Below are positions 17,293-25,080 of a stretch of 64,000 nucleotides of DNA, piece by piece (the stretch's first letter is position 1; each line of letters opens with the position of its first letter). The notes under the pieces are model-generated. The model was not told the origin of the DNA, searched no databases, and saw only the letters and a list, made by a program, of their open reading frames with translations. The DNA is taken from assembly GCA_002753615.1 (NCBI GenBank), contig PEAO01000002.1, forward strand, positions 30,261-94,260, in the 5' to 3' direction. A program made the translations under genes and the position numbers. Source of the DNA: Magnetococcales bacterium DCbin2 (GTDB taxonomy: Bacteria > Pseudomonadota > Magnetococcia > Magnetococcales > UBA8363).

Positions 17293-18501
17293 ATGCTCTT
17301 TACCGACAGGTATCTGAAAAGCCTAAAACCAAAAGAAAAACGCTACGAAGTATTAGAGAGCCTTGGTTTCGGCGTCCGAGTCACACCCCATGGGGGTGTG
17401 ACCTTCATCTACGTATATCAATTTGAGGGCCGTAATCGACGAATGACACTCGGAACATATCCAAGCCTAACCCTGTCTGAGGCCAGAAAGAAACATGCAG
17501 AGGCCAGAGAACTTTTTTTGAAAGGTATTGACCCCGGCGCGATTACGCAAACCGCAAAAGAAGAACGCAAGGCATCTCCAACCGTCGCCGAATTGGCAGA
17601 GGAATACATGGAGAAATGGGCCAAAGCGCGGAAAAAATCATGGAAAGAAGATGAACGGATGTTAAATCACGACGTTATTTCTGCCTGGGGCAGACGCAAA
17701 GCCAAGGACATTACAAGAAGGGACGTTATAATTCTTCTTGACCAGATTGTTGAGAGAGGTTCCCCAATAGCCGCAAATCGCACTCTATGTGTCGTCCGCA
17801 AGATGTTTAACTTCGCCCTGTCGAGGGACATCATACAGACCACCCCTTGTGCAGCCATAGCGAGGCCAGCAGAAGAAAACCGGAGAGATCGGATATTTAC
17901 CACAGACGAGACGAGGATTTTTTGGGATCGGCTTGAAATTGTACGTATGGATATTGGAAGCAAACTCGCGTTAAAACTCCAACTCTTTACGGCTCAACGA
18001 TGCGGGGAAGTGAGTGGTGCCCCCTGGACCGAGTTCGACTTGGTGGAAGGATGGTGGACGATTCCCTCAGAACGGGCAAAAAATAAAATGCCACACCGGG
18101 TGCCATTGTCCAAAATGACCAAGGACTTGCTGGCCGAAATCAAAAAAACTTCTGGTGGTGATTCTCCTTGGTTGTTTCCATCCCCACGAGGAGGAAAGCC
18201 TGTCGGCGAAACTGCCCTGGCGCATGCAGTCAAAAAAAATCTGTCGGTGTTCGGTATTCCACCATTCACGCCCCACGACCTACGGCGCACCGCTGCCAGC
18301 CACATGACATCAATGGGAATACCACGCCTAGTGGTTGCCAAAATTCTTAATCATGCCGAAAGCGGAGTAACAGCAGTCTATGATCGACACAGTTACGACC
18401 AAGAAAAACGGCGAGCCATGGACGCTTGGTCAAAACGGTTACATGAAATCGTGAATGGTAGTACCGAAGAGAATGTGGTGGCGTTCGCGGTTAAATCCTA
18501 A
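17293..18501 (+). CDS. int: Tyrosine integrase (P4-like, DUF4102 arm-binding N-terminus)
   Basis: The N-terminus LKSLKPKEKRYEVLESLGFGVRVTPHGGVTFIYVY is DUF4102-like. Catalytic-region motifs are TAQRCGEV, HDLRRTAASHM and LNHAESGVTAVYDRH. Confidence 0.95.
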   Translation: MLFTDRYLKSLKPKEKRYEVLESLGFGVRVTPHGGVTFIYVYQFEGRNRRMTLGTYPSLTLSEARKKHAEARELFLKGIDPGAITQTAKEERKASPTVAELAEEYMEKWAKARKKSWKEDERMLNHDVISAWGRRKAKDITRRDVIILLDQIVERGSPIAANRTLCVVRKMFNFALSRDIIQTTPCAAIARPAEENRRDRIFTTDETRIFWDRLEIVRMDIGSKLALKLQLFTAQRCGEVSGAPWTEFDLVEGWWTIPSERAKNKMPHRVPLSKMTKDLLAEIKKTSGGDSPWLFPSPRGGKPVGETALAHAVKKNLSVFGIPPFTPHDLRRTAASHMTSMGIPRLVVAKILNHAESGVTAVYDRHSYDQEKRRAMDAWSKRLHEIVNGSTEENVVAFAVKS

Positions 18502-18806
18502 TTCAGCCAGCCGAACCCCTTCACCATCGCGCCGAAAACACAGACAAACCCAAAGATCAGGGAAAAGAGCAGAATGCGAAAATCGGTTCGAGTATTATCG
18601 CGAACATCACGGAATTCGGTTCGGGCATTATCGCGAACATCGCTACGAATCTCCTTCATCTCGCCATGAATGTTGTCCATGTGCTTCTCAATATACCCCA
18701 TACCAGCTTCCAGATTTTGCAATACGTGGTTCCATACCGTCTCCACCGCCGCCATCCTGGCCGGAAAAATCTCCGGCCGCATGAGGTAGCACGACTGTAT
18801 TATCAT
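18498..18806 (-). CDS. Small coiled-coil, C-terminally membrane-anchored protein (DUF1640-like architecture)
   Basis: Contains an internal repeat SDVRDNARTEFRDVRDNTRTDFR followed by the TM segment ILLFSLIFGFVCVFGAMV. The start is uncertain (in-frame ATGs at 18806, 18782 and 18755). Confidence 0.5.
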   Translation of the reverse strand: MIIQSCYLMRPEIFPARMAAVETVWNHVLQNLEAGMGYIEKHMDNIHGEMKEIRSDVRDNARTEFRDVRDNTRTDFRILLFSLIFGFVCVFGAMVKGFGWLN

Positions 18807-18821
18807 TCCTGACCGATGGGT

Positions 18822-19669
18822 TCAATGCCCCTCCTCCTTACCATTACCCAAAGCTTTGATAGTGCCACTGACAGAGAGGAGGGATTGAAGTTGGTGGATG
18901 GCAATTCCGTTGAGTCGGATGAGACGCTCGGCTTGTCCCAGTCCCATGCGGATAAATTCAGCGTTCATACTCTCAATATTGGCTAATACCAACAATTGCT
19001 CGATATTGGCATGGTCACGCATATTGCCTTCAAGGGTAGGATTGGCATGGTGCCATTGTTTGGAAGTCTGGCCGAACAAGGCCACGTTGAGTATGTCAGC
19101 CTCGTTGGCGTAGACAATACCAGCTTGTGTGGAGTTATGGCCACAGGAATGATGTGCGCCTTGATGGCATCCGTGTGAATGCGGTAGTTAATTTTGGCCA
19201 ACGTGCGGTTAAGGTTCCACTCCAACGACAGTCGGCGGTTCTCGTCCTCCTTAAGCCTCTGAAACTCCTTGATAAGATAGAGTTTGAATTCTGGACTAAG
19301 CCAGGAGCCAAACTCAAAAGCCAAGTCCCTGTGCGCATAAGTGCCACCACCGTACCGACACGCACGGGATTGAATACCCATGGCCTGGGTCGCTTCAATC
19401 CATTTTCTTGGGGTCAAATGAAAACTGTTTAGCCCAGCATCTTTTTTAAAGGTCTCGAATTCGCCACCTTTAAAATCAGGATTGTGAATCTTCTCCCATA
19501 TTCCTAGGAATTCCAATTTATTGCGATTGCGCATCCAACCGTAAATCAGCGTATCATCGCCAAATTTTTTAGCCATGTCCGTCAGCGAAATGTAGTCCTC
19601 TTCCTTGTGCAGCAAAACGGTTATAGCCGCACCCTGAACATTAATGGTGGTTTTTTTGTCTTTTGTCAT
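18822..19669 (-). pseudogene. KilA-N domain protein (antirepressor-like), split by a frameshift near 19140
   Basis: The N-terminal ORF (19669..) carries INVQGAAITVLLHKEEDYISLTDMAKKF...WMRNRNKLEFLGIWEKIHNPDF, which is KilA-N-like. After ...HTDAIKAHIIP the family-like sequence continues in another frame (rc from 19136: NSTQAGIVYANEADILNVALFGQTSKQWHHANPTLEGNMRDHANIEQLLVLANIES..., track ORF 18822..19085). Confidence 0.7.
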
Positions 19670-19711
19670 CTGTAACGCTTTTCATTATCGTATAATTTGT
19701 TGGCACAGTAA

Positions 19712-19730
19712 AACGTTCACATGGAACGTT
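19712..19730. promoter_or_regulatory. Palindromic operator-like site upstream of the KilA-N gene
   Basis: AACGTTC-acatg-GAACGTT has perfect 7-bp arms. It lies 43 bp upstream of the KilA-N start, next to a possible TTACTG-N16-GATAAT promoter on the minus strand. Confidence 0.45.
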
Positions 19731-19843
19731 ATTGATTTAAAAAATAGTCTACCCCTCACAACCCCACCTCACCCCGCCTTCTTCCCATCCTCGTTCACCT
19801 TCCGCGATTGCGCCCCCGTACTGGCCAGCCGCTCTAATGCGGC

Positions 19844-20035
19844 CTAGTCTCCCTCGGCGCAATGGCGGTAGTTGTCCACCAAGGCCGCCTCCCGATGGGA
19901 AAGGCTCTCTTTTGAGGGGATAGAGCGAACTCCGGTAATGATGTAACTCACGTCAGCACCGACGGCGGCAATGGCTGAAAGATAGCCAGAACTTGGCTCG
20001 CGTTCACATTTTTCATAATTACCTTGGGACAGCAT
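19844..20035 (-). CDS. Small HTH-like protein (63 aa)
   Basis: GYLSAIAAVGADVSYIITGVRSIP resembles an XRE-type HTH. The start overlaps the upstream stop (TGATG), suggesting translational coupling. Confidence 0.5.
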   Translation of the reverse strand: MLSQGNYEKCEREPSSGYLSAIAAVGADVSYIITGVRSIPSKESLSHREAALVDNYRHCAEGD

Positions 20036-20460
20036 CAGATATCAGGCGTGATAAATGTGTTGCCGCATCTGTGACAATACATCTTGCTTTTCCACTCAGC
20101 AATTGCATCTTCGTGCAATTGCTTATTCCTCTTGAACATTTCAGATCCACGAAATAATAGGAAAACGGCAATTGAAGAAAGAAAAAACACTATGGCTGTA
20201 AAGTTTCCACTGGCTTCTTTTGGTATAAAAAAGAGCAAGCCAACAGGGAAGAGGGAAACTGCACACCCAAGGTTGACATTTTTATTTTCTGGGGGTGCAA
20301 ACATTTTTTGATTTAGTTTTTGCGTGACTCCCACGCCACCAACGACATGTCCTCCTCCGACTCCAACGCCTAAATGAACTTCCTGGGAATTGTGTATTCC
20401 ATCGTATCTTTGAGTATTATCGCTATTACACTTTGGGCAATCATATTTATTATTTGTCAT
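20035..20460 (-). CDS. Membrane protein with a split zinc ribbon (CPKC ... 2 TM ... CHRC)
   Basis: MTNNKYDCPKCNS..., a Gly-rich linker, two hydrophobic segments (LGCAVSLFPVGLLFFI, FTAIVFFLSSIAVFLLF), then ...YCHRCGNTF. The region looks AT-rich. The ORF could extend to 20517. A perfect TATAAT lies just upstream on the minus strand (~20527-20532). Confidence 0.55.
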   Translation of the reverse strand: MTNNKYDCPKCNSDNTQRYDGIHNSQEVHLGVGVGGGHVVGGVGVTQKLNQKMFAPPENKNVNLGCAVSLFPVGLLFFIPKEASGNFTAIVFFLSSIAVFLLFRGSEMFKRNKQLHEDAIAEWKSKMYCHRCGNTFITPDI

Positions 20461-20641
20461 ATACATTTGCCTACATATAAACATTAAGTGAACTATTGGA
20501 TAAATATACACATCCATGATATTGCATTATATTAGGCATTGTCCAGGATGACCGTTTCGTCCCCAGTCAATCTTTCCCCTTGATAAACTCACGTCTTGAC
20601 GCATTTTTACTAAGCGATGTTGTGACCCGGCGTTGATTCCA

Positions 20642-21313
20642 TCACATCCTTCTCCCCGCCCACACTACGCGACCGATGATCCGTAGAGTCTCCAGGTCGG
20701 TATCGTCCGGGGTCAACGGTGGGTGGACCGGATTATCGGATAGGATTTTAAATTGTCCTTTCCCAACACGATGAATGCGCTTGACGAACAACTCCCCGCT
20801 CATATGGAAAACATAAACTGCGTCTTGGGTGAACCTTTCCTCGTCTTTCCGGTCAACGAGGATCCAATCCCCGCTTGACAGCGTCGGTGTCATTGAGTCT
20901 CCGATTACCCGAATCATGGCGGCTTTGTCGGCACGAACCCGCAAATCCCTGATGAAATCCTCCTGAAATGCAAACGCGGCATCCTGGAATTCATACTCCA
21001 CGACAGCCCCTGTCCCTGCTGACGCAACTACCTCACTGTAAGCTGCGACGTACACAAGCCCGTCCTTGTGTGGGACTATCGGCGTTTCAGTTTCCACTCG
21101 CATCGGACCACGGCCAGTCAGAAGCCAATCAAGCGACAATGATTCGCGTTCTGCGAATTCAATTGCCGACGCTGACGGCATATCTCCCCGCTTTTTCCAC
21201 GAACTTACCGTTTGTGGTGCGACCCCAATTTTATCTGCAACAAATTTATTTTCATTATTTTTTAAATAGTCTTCAACCCTGCTCAGGATGGGCGGGGATT
21301 TTTTTGCCTGCAT
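20642..21313 (-). CDS. CI-like repressor (HTH + S24/LexA-type peptidase)
   Basis: The N-terminal HTH reads FVADKIGVAPQTVSSWKKRGDMP. The C-terminal part carries S24 motifs (VIGDSMTPTLSSGDWILVD ... LFVKRI). Confidence 0.9.
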   Translation of the reverse strand: MQAKKSPPILSRVEDYLKNNENKFVADKIGVAPQTVSSWKKRGDMPSASAIEFAERESLSLDWLLTGRGPMRVETETPIVPHKDGLVYVAAYSEVVASAGTGAVVEYEFQDAAFAFQEDFIRDLRVRADKAAMIRVIGDSMTPTLSSGDWILVDRKDEERFTQDAVYVFHMSGELFVKRIHRVGKGQFKILSDNPVHPPLTPDDTDLETLRIIGRVVWAGRRM

Positions 21314-21398
21314 TTTGCGGATTCCTTGTTGACATTATATGCGTATCGCGAATATTTTGACATCCAAGATGTACCCACAACGAACACAAGCAAAGAAG
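21314..21398. promoter_or_regulatory. Divergent cI / cro-like switch region
   Basis: Rightward: TTGACA 21329-21334, N18, TATTTT. A second TTGACA lies at 21357-21362. Leftward: a perfect TATAAT on the minus strand (21334-21339) with a poor -35, resembling an activator-dependent PRM. Confidence 0.5.
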
Positions 21399-21629
21399 AT
21401 GCCAATGAGCAATTTGCAGATAAGAGCAAGACTGATCGAAAAAGGCGAGACCCTGCGAAGCTGGGCACTCCGGAGAGGGTGGAATCCCCGCACCGTGCTG
21501 GCTGCGATTGAACGTCACTCAACTAAGGCCAATACGACTCATCGGAGACGGGGACCTTTTGGCAAGATGACTATTCAAATCCTGGAGGATCTGAACCAGG
21601 ATACGGGGATCAAAGTCGATGAGGAATGA
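21399..21629 (+). CDS. Ner/Cro-like HTH regulator
   Basis: MSNLQIRARLIEKGETLRSWALRRGWNPRTVLAAIERH resembles Mu Ner-type HTH proteins. The gene is divergent from cI. The start is ATG 21399 or 21405. Confidence 0.7.
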   Translation: MPMSNLQIRARLIEKGETLRSWALRRGWNPRTVLAAIERHSTKANTTHRRRGPFGKMTIQILEDLNQDTGIKVDEE

Positions 21630-22066
21630 CAGGTTGGAGATATGATGTGGAAAATATTGACGATTTCAACCGTGGCGTAGGGCTGTTCCTGGGCAGACTG
21701 TACCAGAGTTTTCCCGTGCCTATCCTGTTGAAAATGGAAGACATGGAAGGGTTTGAAGACGTGAGTGGCGATCTCACCCGCAAGGCCCGACGTATGGTGG
21801 TGTATTCGGCCACCATGCATTTCCTCCAGAACGATGGGTTCTTGAGTTTTGGGTCATCCGTCGGCTTCAAAGAGAACGACGCATTTGCCAAGGTCGTCCT
21901 CACCAGCAAGGGTCTGGCGGCACTCAGCAAAACGCCAAGTGCATTATCGACATCAACCAGGGGAAAAACCACTGGCGATGTCTTGGTGGATCTGGGATCG
22001 GACATGCTGAAGAAAGGGGCATGGGAGGGTGTTACGGAAATTGTTCGGATGATGTTGGGCGGATAA
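21626..22066 (+). CDS. Hypothetical early protein (146 aa)
   Basis: ATGA overlap with the upstream gene. No family recognised. Confidence 0.55.
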   Translation: MTGWRYDVENIDDFNRGVGLFLGRLYQSFPVPILLKMEDMEGFEDVSGDLTRKARRMVVYSATMHFLQNDGFLSFGSSVGFKENDAFAKVVLTSKGLAALSKTPSALSTSTRGKTTGDVLVDLGSDMLKKGAWEGVTEIVRMMLGG

Positions 22067-22114
22067 AACAAGCCCAAAAACCGTACCACGCTAAACTTAA
22101 AAAGAGGAAAACAT

Positions 22115-22198
22115 GTCACCCTATAACAAGGCCATCATTTGATCGTGATTACGTGGCGGAGAAAATTGCGTTCCTTGATGGCCTTCTTATAGGGTGAC
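22115..22198. repeat. 23-bp inverted repeat (22/23) separated by 38 nt
   Basis: gtcaccctataacaaggccatca (22115-22137) is the reverse complement of tgatggccttcttatagggtgac (22176-22198), with one mismatch. The element is intergenic. Confidence 0.85.
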
Positions 22199-22255
22199 TA
22201 TTAATTAAAGAGCTTTCGGTAGACGGTCCATTTCCCCAGACAGCAGGAACTACTG

Positions 22256-22564
22256 ATGACATATAACTTCGATGTAACAAGCAACCCCGAAGATCAAGAC
22301 AACGTCATTGTCAATTTCAAATTATCTTTTGGAGCGGCATGCCAAGTTATAGCAACAATTACCAAGCAAATTTGGTCAGCGGCGGTTTCCGATCTTGTTC
22401 CCCATGAACATCCTGGGAATTTAACTCCACCAGTTCCAGTAACATTCAATCTTATCGGGAAACTCAATAATTCTGACTTAATAAAACCTGATTGTACGGA
22501 CATGTTGGTGAATTTCCGTACTTCTAATAGTATTCACTTCTCACCTCTGAAGAGTAGAAAATGA
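22256..22564 (+). CDS. Hypothetical protein (102 aa)
   Basis: AGGA lies 8 nt upstream of the ATG. The region looks AT-rich. No family recognised. Confidence 0.4.
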   Translation: MTYNFDVTSNPEDQDNVIVNFKLSFGAACQVIATITKQIWSAAVSDLVPHEHPGNLTPPVPVTFNLIGKLNNSDLIKPDCTDMLVNFRTSNSIHFSPLKSRK

Positions 22565-22575
22565 CTTATCCAGCA

Positions 22576-22899
22576 TCAGGTTCTATTGATTTCCAGGTTG
22601 ATTGTACGAAAGGCGAACTCGTTGGCAAAGCGATTACGAGCATTGGCGTCGATGTCAATACCGCGATCCCGACACCATCCGGGGAAATCGTTCGGGTTAA
22701 TCTCCGCTTTGATGGCCCGTTTACCGCTGGCAGTGATCTGGTTGACAAGATCCTCGGCCTTTTTCAACCAGGAATCGTAGTCCCTGTAAAGGCTGCTGGC
22801 ATCGGTGAAAATTGAGAGTAATGCAGGGTAGTCCTCTCTGCGATACCAAGCGATGCCAATAGCCTTAATCTCTTGATTGATCATGTGAAGTCCTTTCAT
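22576..22899 (-). CDS. Small conserved hypothetical protein
   Basis: ...AIGIAWYRREDYPALLSIFTDASSLYRDYDSWLKKAEDLVNQITASGKRAIKAEINPNDFPGWCRDRGIDIDANARNRFANEF matches a small-protein pattern I recognise (W.rReqY...D...tYeeW...ae...G.....v.id...f..WC...g...d...R..f). The start is 22899 or 22884 (AAGGA upstream). Confidence 0.55.
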   Translation of the reverse strand: MKGLHMINQEIKAIGIAWYRREDYPALLSIFTDASSLYRDYDSWLKKAEDLVNQITASGKRAIKAEINPNDFPGWCRDRGIDIDANARNRFANEFAFRTINLEINRT

Positions 22900-22964
22900 A
22901 TTGGAAGAAAAGTTACGGCCAAAGATTAAGCAACTAACATGCCATATATCTGCATCAGGAAAAC

Positions 22965-23177
22965 ATGATGAATATTTCAAAGACGATTATAAAGACCAAA
23001 GAATTGTGTCAGAAACTTGGCATCAGTCGGATGACACTTTGGCGGCTCCGACACGAAAACGCATTCCCAGTTCCAGTTAAAATAGGAAGGGGGAAGAATA
23101 TTGGGTGGTGGGAAGACGAAATCAGGGCGTGGCAGGAAGGGCGGGTGCGCGTTTTAATCTGTCGGCAGAAGCAATAA
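22965..23177 (+). CDS. AlpA-family HTH regulator / excisionase-like protein
   Basis: KELCQKLGISRMTLWRLRHENAFPVPVKIGRGKNIGWWEDEIRAWQ is the typical AlpA/MerR-like phage HTH. Confidence 0.8.
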   Translation: MMNISKTIIKTKELCQKLGISRMTLWRLRHENAFPVPVKIGRGKNIGWWEDEIRAWQEGRVRVLICRQKQ

Positions 23178-23188
23178 GGCAAGAAGAT

Positions 23189-23350
23189 ATGAATAACTTG
23201 ATAACTGAACCATCAAAAACAAAGTGCGGTTTTTGTGACATCTTCTCTGGCGTGCTGAAATGGAGTGAAAACGGACTTCCGGTCTGGATATGCGAAGTAT
23301 GTGAAAGCGTGTTCGATGATGTGTACGGAGCCGGACAGCGGATCATGTAA
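23189..23350 (+). CDS. Small zinc-ribbon protein (53 aa)
   Basis: MNNLITEPSKTKCGFCDIFSG...WICEVCESVF carries CxxC...CxxC. Confidence 0.45.
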   Translation: MNNLITEPSKTKCGFCDIFSGVLKWSENGLPVWICEVCESVFDDVYGAGQRIM

Positions 23351-23585
23351 GACCATCATCCTTGATCCGTCGCACTAAACCAGCAAAGGAGATCACCATG
23401 GCAAGACCAAAGAAGACACCACCACAGCCTGAGCCTGATTCAGAATTGGAAGAAGGGGATGGCCGATGGAATCCACTACAAGGAAATTTTCCAACGAGCC
23501 AAGGAAAAAGTCGTCGCATTGTCGTTGGTCGTTGGTCCGTCCTCCCTGGCTCAGATTCCAATGCGAGAAGGAACGGTCCAATGAA

Positions 23586-24035
23586 TCAAAGCAACTTCAC
23601 CAGTGCCGCCACAATCGCTATCGATGCTGCCATCATTCCACCAAGACGCATGGTCAGGTTGTGCGTGAGTCGCAATTCCATTTCTTTCATCTTGGCTTGT
23701 AAGCTGGCATCAAGTTCCTTCATGTCGCGCTTGAGTCCGGTTTCCATTTCCTTCATATCGCGCTTAAGTCCAGTTTCCATTTCCTTCATATCGCGCTTGA
23801 GTCCGGTTTCCATCTCCTTCATGTCACGTCGGACGTTCTCAATGTCGCGCTTGAGACCAGCTTCGATCTCCTTCATGTCACGCCTTACAACATCGATGTC
23901 CAACTTAGTCGCCAGCCGTTCTTCCATCAAATCAACGATGGTTTCGGCCTGGACTTCTGCCTGGGCTTCGGGAACACCAGCGGCTTTAAGTCTCTTGGCA
24001 TACGCCAATGTGTCAAACGCAATCGCGGTACTCAT
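23586..24035 (-). CDS. DUF1640-like coiled-coil protein with C-terminal membrane anchor
   Basis: MSTAIAFDTLAYAKRLKAAGVPEAQAEVQAETIVDL is the characteristic DUF1640 N-terminus. It is followed by repeated TGLKRDMKEME units and the TM segment LGGMMAASIAIVAALVKLL. GGAGA lies upstream of ATG 24035. Confidence 0.8.
   Translation of the reverse strand: MSTAIAFDTLAYAKRLKAAGVPEAQAEVQAETIVDLMEERLATKLDIDVVRRDMKEIEAGLKRDIENVRRDMKEMETGLKRDMKEMETGLKRDMKEMETGLKRDMKELDASLQAKMKEMELRLTHNLTMRLGGMMAASIAIVAALVKLL
23718..23816 (-). repeat. 33-bp tandem repeat x3 (plus degenerate flanking units) inside the DUF1640-like gene
   Basis: The units are 23718-23750, 23751-23783 and 23784-23816 (cttcatRtcgcgcttRagtccRgtttccatYtc). 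Each encodes an 11-aa (T/S)GLKRDMKEME repeat. Confidence 0.9.
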
Positions 24036-24380
24036 GGGAAATTCTCCTTCCAGGGTTACAACTGGGATAAGCGTACCACGAGCCACTATCAGACAACAGA
24101 TAAAATTCCCCCTTGACACCTTCGCCAGCAGGGCAGTAGCATTTCACCCGTCACGTCAAAAAAACGTGACCGGGTTTAGCAGCCCGAATGTGTTCAAGGC
24201 ACGCAAGTGCCGCAATCCCCATGTTGGCACTTTTTTTGCGCCTACATGTCTGGCGGATTGTGTGAGGGATCCTTCGGGATCGCCGGTTTCCTTGAACGCC
24301 GGTACTGCTAACCACACACGATCCGCCATTTCGTTTAGCAGCGAATGGCGGGTTCCAGATTTCAGTTCAAGGAGCCAGTC

Positions 24381-24770
24381 ATGAGCAGCACGCCCCCCAT
24401 TGCCCGCGATCCGGGCAAAGCCGTTCCAATTTCGATTCCAACATCTCAAGTCCTCGTCAGCGACGCCCTGAAAACCCTGCGCGATGCCGCCAGGGAGGGA
24501 CGGATCGACCCGGCTTTTTGCCAAAGTATCGGGACCGAGTTCCTGGCATTTGCAAACCCCTGCTTCAGCCCCAACCTGATCACTGCTGCGCCTGATTTAT
24601 TGACTGCCTTGAATAACTTGATGGACCGGCTGTCTACCATGCGCCAAGCCAGCTATACCGCCAGAGGGTCCGTCAAGGATTTCTTCCGGGAATGGTTGCC
24701 CGGTGGCGCGGATACGATCCTGTCCGATACCTGTGATGCCATCAGTAAAGCGGAAGGGGGTGAATCATGA
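24381..24770 (+). CDS. Paralog family member 1 (AAPDLL-motif protein)
   Basis: AAGGAG RBS. Contains ITAAPDLLTALNNL and the C-terminal DFFREWLPGGADTILSDTCDAISKAEG, shared with 25354..25704. Confidence 0.7.
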   Translation: MSSTPPIARDPGKAVPISIPTSQVLVSDALKTLRDAAREGRIDPAFCQSIGTEFLAFANPCFSPNLITAAPDLLTALNNLMDRLSTMRQASYTARGSVKDFFREWLPGGADTILSDTCDAISKAEGGES

Positions 24771-25057
24771 GCGGGCATACACCAGGGCCATGGAAGTGGC
24801 AGGTATCCCTTGGACGCATGAGGTTAACCCAGGACAATCCTCGCGGTGAGGAGTTGTGGGTAATGTGGACCGAACGCGGGAAATTCGCCTTCAACTCCCC
24901 CAGTGGCCAAGTACGGTTTGACACGACGCACCCTGACGCAATACTTATCGCGACGGCTCCCGAGTTACTCGCGACGTTGGAAGCTCTGGTCGAGGGGCGG
25001 TGCGATCTCGATTCCGCCAAGGCGGCCATCTCCAAAGCGAGAGGAGGCCGCCCATGA
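24767..25057 (+). CDS. Paralog family member 2 (HTPGPW ... ATAPELL)
   Basis: MSGHTPGPWKW...ILIATAPELLATLEAL. ATGA overlap with the upstream gene. Confidence 0.7.
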   Translation: MSGHTPGPWKWQVSLGRMRLTQDNPRGEELWVMWTERGKFAFNSPSGQVRFDTTHPDAILIATAPELLATLEALVEGRCDLDSAKAAISKARGGRP

Positions 25058-25080
25058 AATGTCTCCAACGTTTCACCTCA

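Noticed and set aside
22561-22815. 84-aa + strand ORF with an ATGA overlap to the upstream ORF
   Set aside because: It is fully overlapped by the minus-strand ORF 22576-22899, whose sequence matches a small-protein pattern I recognise. The call is not certain.
23718-23816. The tandem repeats here and at 32203-32274 as a CRISPR array
   Set aside because: The 33-bp units are contiguous, with no spacers, and are coding. The 27-bp repeat has only two copies. No cas genes are present.
23362-24384. 340-aa + strand ORF with the striking repeat SRLSPVSISFI
   Set aside because: The repeat is simply the antisense reading of the 33-bp tandem repeat in the DUF1640-like gene. That minus-strand gene has a strong RBS and a family-typical N-terminus.
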